A stretch of 64,000 bases of DNA from Chiloscyllium plagiosum (GCF_004010195.1 NC_057718.1:60320137-60384136), one strand, 5' to 3'; positions 39,729 through 52,283 are shown, counted from the first letter of the stretch. Notes: a model not told the origin generated them from the sequence alone. Translations and numbers: made by a program.

Positions 39729-40625
39729 GAGGAGGTGATGGCTTAGTGACATTGTCAATAGACTATTCACCCAGAAACTCAGCTAATCTTCTGTGGACCC
39801 AGGTTTCGAACTCACCAAGACAGATAGTGAAATTTTAATCCAATAATTATCTCAAATAAAAAGTCTAATGATAACCGTGAAACCACTATCGATTGTTGGG
39901 GAAAAAAAACATCTGACTCACTGATATGGTTTACGGAAGGATATCTGCCATCCTTCTCTGACCTACATGTGACTCCAGATCCAGAGCAATGCATTGCCCT
40001 CTGAAAATGCATGGTAAACCACTTAGTCATACCAATCACAATGAAATCTCAACAAAAAGAAATGAAACAGGAAGGATCACCTGGCATCAACCTCGGCAAC
40101 AGAAATGACAATAGCAAGAACTGTTAGAGTCATAGAAACATAGAGATGTACAGCACGGAAACAGACCCTTCAGTCCAACTCATCCATGCCGACCAGATAT
40201 CCTAACCTAATCTAGTCCCATTTGCCAGCTCTTCGCCTATATCCCTTCAAACCTTTCCTATTCAGGAACCCATCCAGATGTCTTTTTAAATAATGCAATT
40301 TTACCAGTCTGCACCACTTCCTCTGGCAGCTCATTCCATACACGCACCACCCTCTGCGTGAAAAGATTGCCCCTTAGGTCCCTTTTGTATCTTATCCCTC
40401 TCAATCCGAACCTATGCCCTCTAGTTCTGGACTCCCCCACCCCAGGGATAAAGACCTTGTCTATTTAGCCTATCCATGTCCCTCATGATTTTATGAACAT
40501 CTATAAAGTCACCCCCCAGCCTCCGATGCTTCAGGGAAAACAGCCCCAGCCTCTTCAGCCTCTCCCTATAGCTCAAATCCTCCCATCCTGGGCAACATCC
40601 TTGTAAATCTTTTCTGAACCCTTTC

Positions 40626-40766
40626 TCTTTTTTATATAAATATTTTTATTGAAAAGCATTTTTAAATATTTTATAAAACATTTATATATAAAGAAAAAAA
40701 AACCCCATCAGAACAGGAAAAAACAGTACAAAGAACAAGGCCATAACATAGTACCAATGGTACTGA
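40626..40766 (-). other. Short polyadenylated retro-insert (L1/Tx1-like or mRNA 3' end)
   Basis: Interrupts the CR1 between CCCTTTC and ACAACATC; minus strand is T-rich and ends AATAAA..A-rich. Confidence 0.5.
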
Positions 40767-41137
40767 ACAACATCTTTCCGATAGGAAGGAGACCAGAATT
40801 GCCTGCAATATTCCATCAGTGGCCTAACCAATGTCCTGTACAGCCGCAACATGACCTCCCAACTCCTGTACTCAATACTCTAACCAATAAAGGAAAGCAC
40901 ACCAAATGTCTTCTTCACTATCCTATCTACCTGCGACTCCACTTTCAAGGAACTATGAACCTGCATTCCAAGTTCTTTTTGTTCAGCAATACTCCCTAGG
41001 ATCTTATTATTAAGTGTATAAGTCCTGCTTTGACTTGCTTTTTCATTAATGCAGCACCTCGCATTTATCTAAATTAAACTCCATCTGTCACTCCTCAGCC
41101 AATTGGCCCATCTGATCAAGATCCCGTTGTACTCTGA

Positions 41138-41430
41138 GGGCGGCACGGTGGCACAGTGGTTAGCACTGCTGCCTCACAGCGCCAGAGACCCGGGTTCAAT
41201 TCCCACCTCAGGCGACTAACTGTGTGGAGTTTGCACGTTCTCCCTGTGTCTCCGTGGGTTTCCTCCAGGTGCTCTGGTTTCCTCCCACAGTCCAAAGATG
41301 TGCAGGTCAGGTGAATTGGCCATGCTAAATTGCCCGTAGTGTTAGGTTAGGAGTATGGGTGGCTGTGTGGACTTGTTGGGCTGAAGGGCCTGTTTCCACA
41401 CTGTAAGTAATCTAATCTAATCTAATCTAA
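41138..41430 (+). mobile_element. HE1-type tRNA-derived V-SINE
   Basis: TGGCACAGTGG A box, GGTTCAATTCC B box, V-domain GTGTGGAGTTTGCACGTTCTCCC, CR1-like tail and (TAATC)n. Confidence 0.93.
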
Positions 41431-42664
41431 CCTTCTTTATTGTCCACTGCACCTCCAACTTTGCTGTCATCTGCAAACTTACTAACTATGCCTCCTATGT
41501 TCACTTTCAAATCATTTATATAAATGATGAAAAGTAGTGGATTCAGCACCAAGTCTTGTGGCACACCACTGGTCACAAGCCTCCAGTCTAAAAAGCAACC
41601 ATCCACCGTCACCATCTGTCACTGCAAATTTCCCCTCACTAACATCTCTGTGCTAGTGCCAAAATTGGGGGAGCTGTCTCAGATTATTCAATCAACAGCC
41701 TGACATCATCATACTCATGGAAACATACTTTGCAGACAATGTCCTAGACACCACCCTCACCATCCCTAAATATGTCCTCTCCCATCGGCAGGACAGACCC
41801 AGCAGTGCTGGCAATGCAGTGCTATACAGTCAGGAGGGAGTTTGTCCTGGCAGTCCTCAACATTCGCTTTGCACCCCATGAAGTCTCATAGTACCAGGTT
41901 ATGTATGGACAGGAAACCTCCTGCTAATTATTATGCACCGTCCTCTCTCAAGCTGATTAATCAGTACTCCTCCATGTTGAACGACACTTGCAAGAAGCAG
42001 TAAGGTGGGGGAAATGTGCTCTGGGTAGGAGATTTCAATGTCCACCACCAACAATAGCTGAGCACAGCACTACTGACCAAGCTGATTAGGTCCGAAAGGA
42101 CTTTGCTCCTCGACTGGGTTTGTGACTGGTGGTGAGGGAACCACGAAAAGGTTAAAACATATTTGACCTCATCCTTACCAATCTGCCTGCAACAAATAAA
42201 TCTGTCCATACCAACATCAGAAAGATCAACCACTGCATAGTTCTTGTAGAAATGAAGTCCCAACTTCATACTGAGAATACTCTCCAACCTGTGGTGTGGC
42301 ACAATCACTGTACTAAATTTTGAACAAATCTAGCAACTCAAGATTGGGCATTCGAGATACTGTGGGCCTTCAACAGCAACAGAATTGTATTCTGACACAT
42401 TCTGCAACCCCCTGACCCAACATATCCCTCACTCAACCATTACTATCAAGCCAGGGGATCAACCCTGATTCAATTAAGCTTGCAGGATGGCATGCCAGGA
42501 GAAGCACCAGGCATACCTAAAAATGAGGGTTCAATCAAGTGAGGCGACCAATCAGGGCTATTTGCAATGCAACATCAGAAGCAGCAAATGATAGACAGAG
42601 TTAAGAGTTCCCACACCAATAAATCAGATTTAAACTCTGTAATCCTGCCACATCTAGTCATGAA

Positions 42665-42887
42665 GGAGAAAGTGAGGACTGCAGATGCTGGAGATCAGAG
42701 CTGAAAAATGTGTTGCTGGAAAAGTGCAGCAGGTCAGGCAGCATCCAAGGAGCAGGAGAATCGACGTTTCGGGCATAAGTCCTTCTTCAGGAATCCTGAA
42801 GAAGGGCTTATGCCCGAAACGTCGATTCTCCTGCTCCTTGGATGCTGCCTGACCTGCTGCGCTTTTCCAGCAACACATTTTTCAGTT
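42665..42887. mobile_element. Penelope-derived palindromic element with 16-bp TSD
   Basis: ~95-bp inverted arms centred on CAGGAATCCTG; TSD CACATCTAGTCATGAA at 42649-42664 and 42888-42903. Confidence 0.92.
42790..42829 (+). ncRNA. Minimal type I hammerhead ribozyme motif
   Basis: Stem I GAATC/GATTC, core CTGAAGA, one extra A, stem II GGGC-TTAT-GCCC, GAAAC, GTC cleavage triplet (42821-42823); stem III reduced to palindromic ACGT. Confidence 0.75.
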
Positions 42888-45800
42888 CACATCTAGTCAT
42901 GAATGATGGCGGACAACTAAACAACTCACTAGAGGAGAAGGCTCCACCAATATCTCCATCCTCAATGATAGAAGAGACCAACACATTTGTGCAAAAGATA
43001 AGGCTGAAGCGTTTGCAGCAACCTTCAACCAGAAGTACCACCTCAGCCTCCTCCAGTGGACCCATATTACAGATACCAATCTTCAGCTAATTTGATTCTC
43101 TCCACATGATATCAAGAAACAATTGGAGGCAGTAGATACTGCAAAGTATATGATTCCTGACAACATTCTGCCAATAGTACTGAAGGCTTATGCTCAAGAA
43201 ATTGCTGCACCCATAGCCAACATCTTCCAGTACATTTACAACACTGGCATCGACTTGACAATGCACAGGTATGTCCTGTGCATAAAAAAGCAGGAAAATC
43301 CAACCTAGCCAATTACTACCCCATCAGTTTACTCTCGAAAATACATAAAATGATGGAAGGAGTGATCAACAGTGCTATCAAGCAGTACTTGCTCAGCAAT
43401 AACCTGTTCAGTGATGTGCAGTTTGGGTTCCACCAGGGTCACTCAGCTCCTGAGTTCTTTCCAGCCTTGGTCCAAACATGGACAAAATAACTGAATTCCA
43501 GAGGTGAGGTGCAAGTGATAGCCCTTCACATCAAGGCTATATCCGACTGAACGTAGCATCAAGGAACCTGAGCAAAATTTAGAGTCAATGGGAATTAGGG
43601 AAAAGCTCTCCAGTGTTTGGAGTCATACCTGACATATAGGAAGATGGTTGTGATTATTGAAGGTCAGTCTTCTCAGCTCCAGGATATATGTGCAGGAGTT
43701 CCTCAGGGACATGTCCTATTCCTAACTATCTTCAGCTTCTTCATCAATCACCTTCCCTCCATCATAAGGTCAGAAGTGGGGGTTTGGCAATGATTGCACA
43801 ATGTTCAGAAAAATTTGCAACTCTTCAGATACTGAAGCAGCCTGTGTTTAAATGCCAAACGTCCTGGAAAATATCCAGGCTTGAGTTGAAAAATGGCAAG
43901 TAACATTCACATACACAAATACCAGACAATGACCATTTCCAAAAAGAAATAATTTAATCACTGCTCCTTGACATTCAATAGCATTACTATAGCTGAATAC
44001 AACATGATTAAAATTCTGGAGGTGATGACTGACCAGCAACTCAACTGGACTCACTGTATAAATACTGTGGTTACAAGAGCAGGTCAAAGGTGAGGAATAT
44101 GCAACAAGTAACTTACCTCCTGACTCCCCAAAGCCTGTCCACCAACCACAATGCACAACGCAGTAGTGTGATGGAATGCACACCCCTTATCTCGATGGTT
44201 ACATCTCCAACAACACTCAAGAAGCTTGACATCATCCAGGACAAAATAACCTGCAAGATTGACACCTCTTCCACAAACTTGTACTCTCTCCACCACCAAT
44301 TCCTGGTTGCAGCAGTGTGAACAGCCTAAAAGGTGCACTGAAGAAATTCACCAAAGATCCTTAGGCAGCACCTTCAAAACGTCTTGACCACTTCCATCTA
44401 GAAGAACAAGAGCAGCAGATAGGTCAGGGTGCTACCCGCGGACAGTTCCCCTTCAAGCCAATCATTACCCTGACTTGGAGCTATATTGTGGTTCTTTCAG
44501 TTAGGCTGAGTTAAAACCCTGGTATTCCTTCTCTAATGGCATTGTGGGTCTACCAACAACTTATGAACTGCAGCATTCAAGAAGGCAGCTCATCACCATT
44601 TTTTCAAGAGCAACTAGGGACAGGCAATAAATGCTGGCCAGCCAGTAACAGCGATATCCCACGAGGGAATAAAATAATGGAAAAATGAACAAGGAAGACC
44701 AGTAAAAGTCCTGTAACTAAAAGCATGAAAGATAGAGCAAGATGCTCTCAACATTGAGTTAGGCCTCACTGGACATTACATCTGATTCTGCCACAAACTC
44801 ACCAGTGTTGCTCAGATCCACATAAGATTGTGTCCGTGGAGTCTATCTTCTTGACAACCTCCATGACTAACACCATATTTACAGGTTGTGTGGCCCTTTG
44901 TTTGCCCTGGTGTTCCACGTGTTTAACCTTCAATTATATTACCAAGAGTCAACAAAAATGCAATTTCTTTTTAGTTGGACAGGTTGTCTTTCGCAGTGAA
45001 GACTGGCTGCAGTACATACTACCCTTGCATTTAGTTCAGCTGCCAGTCAAGAGCATGGATTTTCAGCAGCACTCGGCATGCAAACAGAAATAATGGAAAC
45101 AAGGAGGCAGCATGATGTTGCATGCTGCTTATCCTAACAGGAACCAGTGTGGGTGGATTTTGAATTGTATCTCCACTTCTGAAAACAGGAACCATTCATA
45201 TTTTAGTGGCAAAATTGATCGGCAGGACTTCTAATCCAGACTGCTTTTATTTAATATTTGACTAGGCAAATTCCAATAGATAGATCAATCTCAGTCTCCA
45301 GTAATCAATTAGGCAGCCAGTAGTTCTCATGGTTACCACAAAACAGCAAGAAAGTTTCGCTGATCCAGTACAAGAACTTGCACTGAGATTCAGAGCTGAA
45401 TGTAACTGAATGATTAGCTTTAATATGCATTGATTTTTTTAAAAAAATCATATATTTATAACTGCACTACTGCAGTTCTACATGAAACAACAGGCAATCA
45501 ATTTTATTGGTTTGTCTTTTCCACAAAGTTTTTCTGCAAGTTATTCAAATTTGTCATTTTTTTGTAAATTTTTGACAAGTTGAAGAGTGCTCTCTAGGTT
45601 AAAATGAACTATCCAAGCGGTGTTTGATCAACTAACCAAGTAGAGGGGCCCGAAATTCCCTTCGGGGTTCTAGCTGTCTCCTGCTGTAACTCCAGCAGAC
45701 CAGCAAAACCTCAATTGTACGAGTCTCTACCATTTATGAAGACTTTTCTTGACATCATTGTAAGGGCAGAAATTCTGCGAAATACTCCAAGGTGACAGAT

Positions 45801-48800
45801 GGCTATGTTCCAGATAAAACCATTTGTTCACTGGGCCTAAAGGACCAATGGTCAGATGGGGGATGGGACCTCAGTCAGCCCAGTTCCAAACCAGGAAGCC
45901 AGAGTTTATAACAGCTATGGTGGAGAAGGACTGAACATGTGACCAGAGAGATGCTCAAACCTCCTTGAACCATCGTTTGAAGCTCCAGCAGTTCTGTGCC
46001 ATAGGGAACTAGCAAGCATGATTATAGTAGTTTACAAATCAAGAATTACACCTTTGCTGCCTGAAGATTGATCTTCCACCAATAACATTCTGAACTGCTC
46101 ATGAGAGATCAAGAAACGAAGCACATGCAAATGGAAAATCAGATTCCAAGTGTTCTTTTGGTTTCAATTTCTTTCCCAGTTTCCATTACAGAGCTGGTCG
46201 GCATATCATTTTTCTTGGCTGAGACAGTCCAGGGACTCTACATCCAGCTGTCTGTAGAAAGGCTTTAAACTCTTTTCAGTTCTGTACCAAAAATTGTGGA
46301 ATGCTTTTCCTATCCACAAAGATTTATTTTCCTATTTCAGACCCTGGGGATCCCTTCTGCACATCTGATGTGTGTTGCACTTGGCAGAGGAGAGCTCTAT
46401 GCTATTTTGATGTGAACACATTTCTTAACATGTACCTTGGTGCCCACACTGAGTAAAAGAAGTAACAAAATAAAGTAAGTAAATAAATGAATAGGAAAAA
46501 AAGTTATCCAAAAAACCCTCAAAAGGCAAAATTAGGTTAGGCTGGACGTTCTGAGAAATGTGAGACATCTAATTGAAGCAGGGAAGCTTTATTGTGGGAT
46601 GTCTAACATAATTTTCAGTGCAGTCAAGTGTTCTATGACCTGGATGAATCCATGTCAATTATTGCTTGCCTGCAGTGAAATTAACAAAAGAGTGAAAGCC
46701 TTCAAAAAATAAAAGTTTACAAATAATCTTCTGTCTCTTCTCCAACTTTGAGCTATTGTACTACACTGATTAATATGGTGTTCAGTAGAGGTTTTACACA
46801 CAGTAACATTTCTTCATGGATTCTCTGTTGAAAATCAACACAGAAGTTTGTTAGATTCTTGGTGTTGAATCAACACTGTTTTACTCACTCAGCTCACTGG
46901 ACAGGCTCTGTGAAATTTCAACTCAGGCACATCACAACAGTCTGTTTGTTCATTTGACTCCAGCTCCCCTTGTACATGAATTCAGTTTCCTGACATATTT
47001 CTGATAAGAAGCAGATTGTGATGTTTATGAGACAAGAGAAGAAATATAGAAACAAATCTAATGAGAAACAAAGAAAAGCAGTCAAATATATAAGAAACAG
47101 AAGCATGACACAGAGGTGAAAAGGAGTTATAGAAATGAACAAAACGGATGAGACAGGATTAACAGATTAACTCAAAGGTCCTGTGATGTGGTGTTAATGT
47201 AGCAGTAAGGACTAATTACAGGGATATTCACATAACATCTGGGGTCTACAAAGGGTTTTGGCATGCTCACATATTGAATTCTCAGTGGATTACTTTTGTA
47301 TTCAGTAGCTTTATCTTTCTGTGTGATGTGAAATAAGCTTGATTGTATCATGCAACTCAATGAAATAATAAAGCAAAGTAAAACATGAAAGACATGATGG
47401 ACTTGTCTCTCCAGGAATTACATTTACTCAGACTATCATTTTCCATATCTTTCAATCAATTACTCAAACTTTACCTGCCCTTACTCAGTTTTGTGACAGA
47501 TGTTTCCATTACGTCTTTCTCTACACTTCAGTTACCCAGTTTGCCTATTCCATCCTTTGTATTGTTTTTCCTTTCTTTTCTATTTAAGTTTCCCTGTATA
47601 TGTCTCCTTACCTTGTAGCTTTCCTTATTTTTGTTTGCCATATTACCCTATTAATTTCTTCCTTTTGTACTTCTGTTTTGTTTTCTTCGTATCTCCTGCA
47701 ATGTCCATCTGGTTTATTTCATCTCATTGTTTGTTTTCAAAACTTTCAACAGCTCCTGAAATTTTTTGTTTGTTTCTCTTTCTACTTCCTATTATTTGAT
47801 TCCAATCAATTAATAGGGTTTTATTTACTCTTACAGTCAAAAGATGGAAAATTCGATTCTCTAATCAATAGATGCATAAACAAATTTTCTCCATACGCAC
47901 TTCTATATTTTTGGTATATATCTCTAAGATCCTACAAAGCATGAAACCAATATGAGACTCTCCTTCTTAAATAGATGGTAAAGAGTTTAAAGAAATGGTT
48001 CAAAACCCAAAAGTAATGTTATTCATCCAATGCCTGACATAATAGTGAACACAAAACAAATGATAAAGGCTTGTCATTAGTATCCACAGCTTATAAAAAA
48101 ATTCTCAACTATGCAGAGAAACTATTTGCACTAAAGGGGAAAAAAAAGCACAGCCTTCTTCTTATCAACGAGCTACTAGTCAAATATTGAGCTGCCTGCA
48201 ATATCTTCTGTTGCTCCCTCACTCCCCACCCTTCACTGTGCAGTGCTGCTTTTTTTTTTTCCTTCTTTCAGTTAATGCCAGCAAGTCATTGAGAGCTTTC
48301 ATACTTCTTTTTCAGGAACATAACCAGCAGCTTGGGGAATGAGGAGTATGAATTACACCCAAAGGACACTAGTAGGAAATTAAAAAAGATTTCTTTTTGC
48401 TTTTGCATGCACTGACTCTCTGCATAAACAGTTTCTCTTGGCTTGTATTTATGTTCCATGGACAAATTTGTTGAGTTTGCATGTGGTTGATCAGCCTCAG
48501 TTTTTCAAACGCATTTTCGTAGTAATGAAATGTAACAGAGCTGGCTATGTTACTCATACTGACATAAAAAAAACCTTGACTTCATTATTTTATACACATT
48601 GCTCCATAGTTTATTTCCAGATATATAAATTATGTTGCAGTGTTCTCTGGCAAATGGGCGATATAATTGTAAAGAACCTTACTTTTTTATGCAACAGTGG
48701 ATATGCGGAATTGATCATATCGGTACAAAACAGTGCATTAGCAATCAATTTATATTACCAGCTAATAACTTAAACCACAAGCACAGTTTATCTTTTGTCT

Positions 48801-49949
48801 AAAGAACTGGTTAAAATATGTCCTGTATACCACAAGAAAAAAAAAGAATTTTATGAAATCATAAAGAGTACTTTGCTGACAAAGATTATCACTTATAAGC
48901 AAAGGCTTGTCTGTCTAGAAATGAATAGAATATACCAAGTATAAATGCTGACAGCTACTCTTTGCTGTAGCAATGAGCTGTTGCTCACCAGGATTCCTGA
49001 GGTGTTCTTGGCTGAAAGCATACTTTCAAGCATTGATCGAACCCAGGAGAGAAGGGTTTACTGCAATAGCCTCCAAGCTAATAATCCATGCCAAACTATT
49101 GGATTCCAACCACTTTTAGAAGTGGAGGATGCTGTTAAAATTCAATTTTGACAATTATGTAAAATGGGTATGAGCAGATTGCTTTCCTGCAACACATACC
49201 ATTCAATTTTCCTTTATGTTAGCACTTCTGGAAAATAAAGTGAGTCAGGTGGCATGATAGATAACCACGTGACAACTGCTTATTTTGCACATTCACCAAA
49301 GTTGATGTTCATGGAAATCTGTTCTATTGCATCTGCTTACAATATTGGCCATCCATCACTGATGCTGATTAGGGAGTGAAAGTGAAACCTATTTGTATCA
49401 ACTGACAAATCATCTCACTCCCTAAAATCAAAATCTTCTTTGATTTTTACAAGTACCATGGTGAAATTCTCACTGGGCAGTGCCCAGTTTAAGGTCATTA
49501 TTGCTAGCTAAATGTCTTGTCAATGCTACAACTCACCTCATTGATATTCAGTCTCCCATTTTACCAAACTTTCCAACAAGCTGAATGTCAGGAAAACACA
49601 AAAAGGAAACCAGAACATTTCTGGTGGGTTCGGTTCTGGTCTGAAACGTCTCCATGTTGGACGTCTGGCAATAACATTTCAGGGATGCTGTAAAAAAAAT
49701 TGCTGCCAAGAGTGTAGTGCTGGATGTAAGAGTAAGGAGCCCTCCAGCCTCAGGTTGGGCAGTGTCTGACCACATCAGACATGAGCACCTCATATGGCCA
49801 GGACCTTGCAGGGAAAGGTTAATCGACGTGGATACATGTGGATGCACTGGATGGGAACGTAAGGAAATGTGAAACTTGTGGGGTTAATGGGATGGGCAAC
49901 TGGAAAAGGGATATGGATATCTGGGGGCTCTCTAACATGGTCAAGCTGA

Positions 49950-50497
49950 ATCTGATACACACTGACTGAGGTGAACTTTATGTTGTGTTCCATCATGAAA
50001 CAAATCAAAAGAGTGCAATGGGAAGAAAACCATTTGGATGACAATGGGTGATTGGTTGTGAGTACTAGTACATGTGGGAAAAGGTGGTGAGATGTACCAA
50101 AGGACTAAGGCTACAGCACAGAAGACCAATAGGGTTTGTGGTGTGGAAGGCTAAGGGTGGAGGACCGGTGAAGAAAGGTGTGACAGCAACAATGAGAGTG
50201 GTGGTGAACGAGGAGGTGTGGGAGGTATGTGCAGTGGCACTGATATATTGAGTGTAAGGTGGAAAAGAGAAGGGTGTGACCCTCTCACAGAGTGAAGAAG
50301 ATCATTGACCTTCTCTCCTCATTGCTGGCTGTTCTTCCGCACTGATCTATGTGGACATGTCAGACCAGGCTGGCAAGGTTCTTTGGCGCTGTCTCCTCTG
50401 GGGGGGTCTTACGGGAAATGGACACCTCTTTGTTGCACCACCCCACCCACCAGCCTCTCCAAACCCTGTCAGAGAAACCATCTTCTACTTCTCTGAC
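49950..50497 (-). mobile_element. Harbinger Myb/SANT gene remnant
   Basis: FSDR.LERLVGGVVQQRGVHFP..RQRTLPAWSDM..RKNSQQ*GEKVNDLLHSVR (50480-50281). Confidence 0.65.
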
Positions 50498-50511
50498 AAC
50501 TTTTATTCATG

Positions 50512-50706
50512 GGCGAAAATGAGGACTACAGATGCTGGAGATCAGAGTCAAGGTTAAAGTGGTGCTGGAAAAGCACAACAGGTCAGGCAGCATCTGAGGA
50601 GCAGGAAAATCGATGTTTCGGGCAAAAGCCCTTCATCAGGTATGAGGCTATTCCTGATGAAAGGCTTTTGCCCGAAACGTCGATTTTCCAGCACCACTCT
50701 AATCTT
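50512..50706. mobile_element. Penelope-derived palindromic element with 14-bp TSD
   Basis: TSD AACTTTTATTCATG at 50498-50511 and 50707-50720; hammerhead core CTGATGA..GAAACGTC at 50654-50681. Confidence 0.88.
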
Positions 50707-51285
50707 AACTTTTATTCATGCCCTTGCAGGGCAGTCTTGGAATGCCAGTGCTTGTCCAGGTACACAGCAGCATTTTAAAGATGGCCCCATATTACATTCC
50801 AGAAGTAAGATGGAGCATAAGACAACCTACCATTCAATGTCATTAATTTTGCACCACCATCCAAGATGGACATCACTCCAATATGTCCAGTTTTGTTCCC
50901 ATTGTGTAGTGGGTCATTTGCAACCTCAGCAAGGAGCTTCCAAAATAATCACCAACCCAACCCTAACACTGGACCTGACCCTGGTCTTACTCACTTGGTT
51001 CATGCAATGAATGCCATTTCTGCAAACATTCAAACAAGAGAGGTTTCTGATGGGTTTAGATATTATCTGAAAATTACTTTGAATGTCAGATGGTATGCAC
51101 AGGGTCAATTTGACTTACTGACACCATTTGGCTTTCTGCAGGGTCAGAGAAGAAACTTTCAAACGTTTTCCTATAATTGAACTTTTAAAAAACAATTTTA
51201 CCTCTCCTAAAAGATTACATGGCTGTCAGTGAATAATAATGTCCAACCATACTTGTCAGATCTTATAGTAGTGTGAGGCAAGCTA

Positions 51286-51559
51286 GGGGCGGCACAGTGG
51301 CTCAGTGGCTAGCACCAGGGTCCCAGGTTCTATTCCAGCCTCGGGTGACTGTCTGTGTGGAGTTTGCACATTCTCCCTGTGACTGTGTGGGTTTCCTCTG
51401 GGTGCTCCAGTTTCCTCCCACAGTCTAAAGATGTGCAGGTCAGGTGAATTGGCCATGCTAAGTTGCCTATAGTGCTGGGTGCATTAGTCAGAGGGAAATG
51501 GGTCTGGATGGGTTCTCTTCAGAGAGCCTAATTCCACACTGTAGGGAATCTAATCTAAT
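51286..51559 (+). mobile_element. HE1-type V-SINE
   Basis: A/B boxes, V domain, (TAATC)n tail. Confidence 0.9.
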
Positions 51560-52059
51560 GGATAAGGTTTTCACAGTTGTTTATTTAAATGCAAGTCTAA
51601 TCCAAATAGCTTTCACATTCACATACTGAAACATAATCCCTAAATTAATATTAGGTTCAGGAAAAAATTATTACCTCTGATGGAAAACTGAGCACTAATA
51701 ATGCAGTAATGAAGCTATTGAAACATTATAAAGTATTATTGATTCAAAAGTGATCATGAGCTACCAAATAAAACAAGCAATCCATAAATTTAAATAAAAA
51801 GTAACACATTGGCATGAATTTTAACACTGACAGTGGGGCTGGCAGCAGTTCATTGGAGACCTGAATCTTTGAACAGTAAGTCTATCAGGGACCTTTTAAA
51901 TGATCCGTAGCTTTGGCATCCCAGTTCCAGGTTCCCAACCAATTAGAGAATTATGTGCTGACCGCCCTCAACTAATTTTTAATGCTTCTTTGTTTGAATT
52001 GATCTAGCAAAGGTCAGAATGGGACCATTCTGCAATTGCATGAAGAGAAAAAGCCTCTT

Positions 52060-52283
52060 GAGTGCTAGAGAGAAGGCTGCTCCATGATCCACAGATGCAT
52101 TTGAGATATCACGCTGAGGGCTATAAGGGCCAGTGGAGAGATTGTGCTCCCAGTAGACAGAAAGTTAACCAAGTGGGCATAGTTGGAAGTAGCAGAGGAT
52201 TAGGCAGCAGAAATGTAGTCTCTTCCTTCTGGAAACAGAGCATCTGAAGATTCAATGGCATCATCTGGGCAAGAAAGGTGAGT
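52060..52283 (+). mobile_element. Harbinger Myb/SANT exon 1 remnant
   Basis: AAP*STDA..LRAIRASGEIVLP..TKWA*LEVAED..SRNVV..WKQSI*RFNGIIWARK followed by donor GTGAGT (52278). Confidence 0.65.

Larger units (their letters stand above)
40125..41620 (-). mobile_element. 5'-truncated CR1/HER1-type LINE
   Basis: VTSGVPQ, KFADDSKVGG, FTQRVVRVWNELP, CTCTATG tail. Confidence 0.95.
39731..44675 (+). mobile_element. CR1-group LINE with a tRNA-SINE-like 5' head, hosting nested insertions
   Basis: A-box-like TGGCTTAGTGA (39739) and B-box-like GGTTTCGAACTC (39802); endonuclease NI..LVPKLGELS..QQPDIIIL.ETY and VGDFNVHH; RT NYYPISLLS, QFGFHQGHSAP, GVPQG; tail GGCAATAAATGCTGGCC..GAATAAAA. Confidence 0.8.

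Noticed and set aside
41138..41215. tRNA gene
   Set aside because: It is the tRNA-derived head of an HE1 SINE, followed by the V domain and LINE-like tail; same at 51286 and 54886.
42654..42896. Two nearly identical ORFs on opposite strands
   Set aside because: Artefact of the DNA palindrome.
47385..47944. Hydrophobic Phe/Leu-rich ORFs resembling membrane proteins
   Set aside because: Caused by T/C-rich low-complexity sequence.
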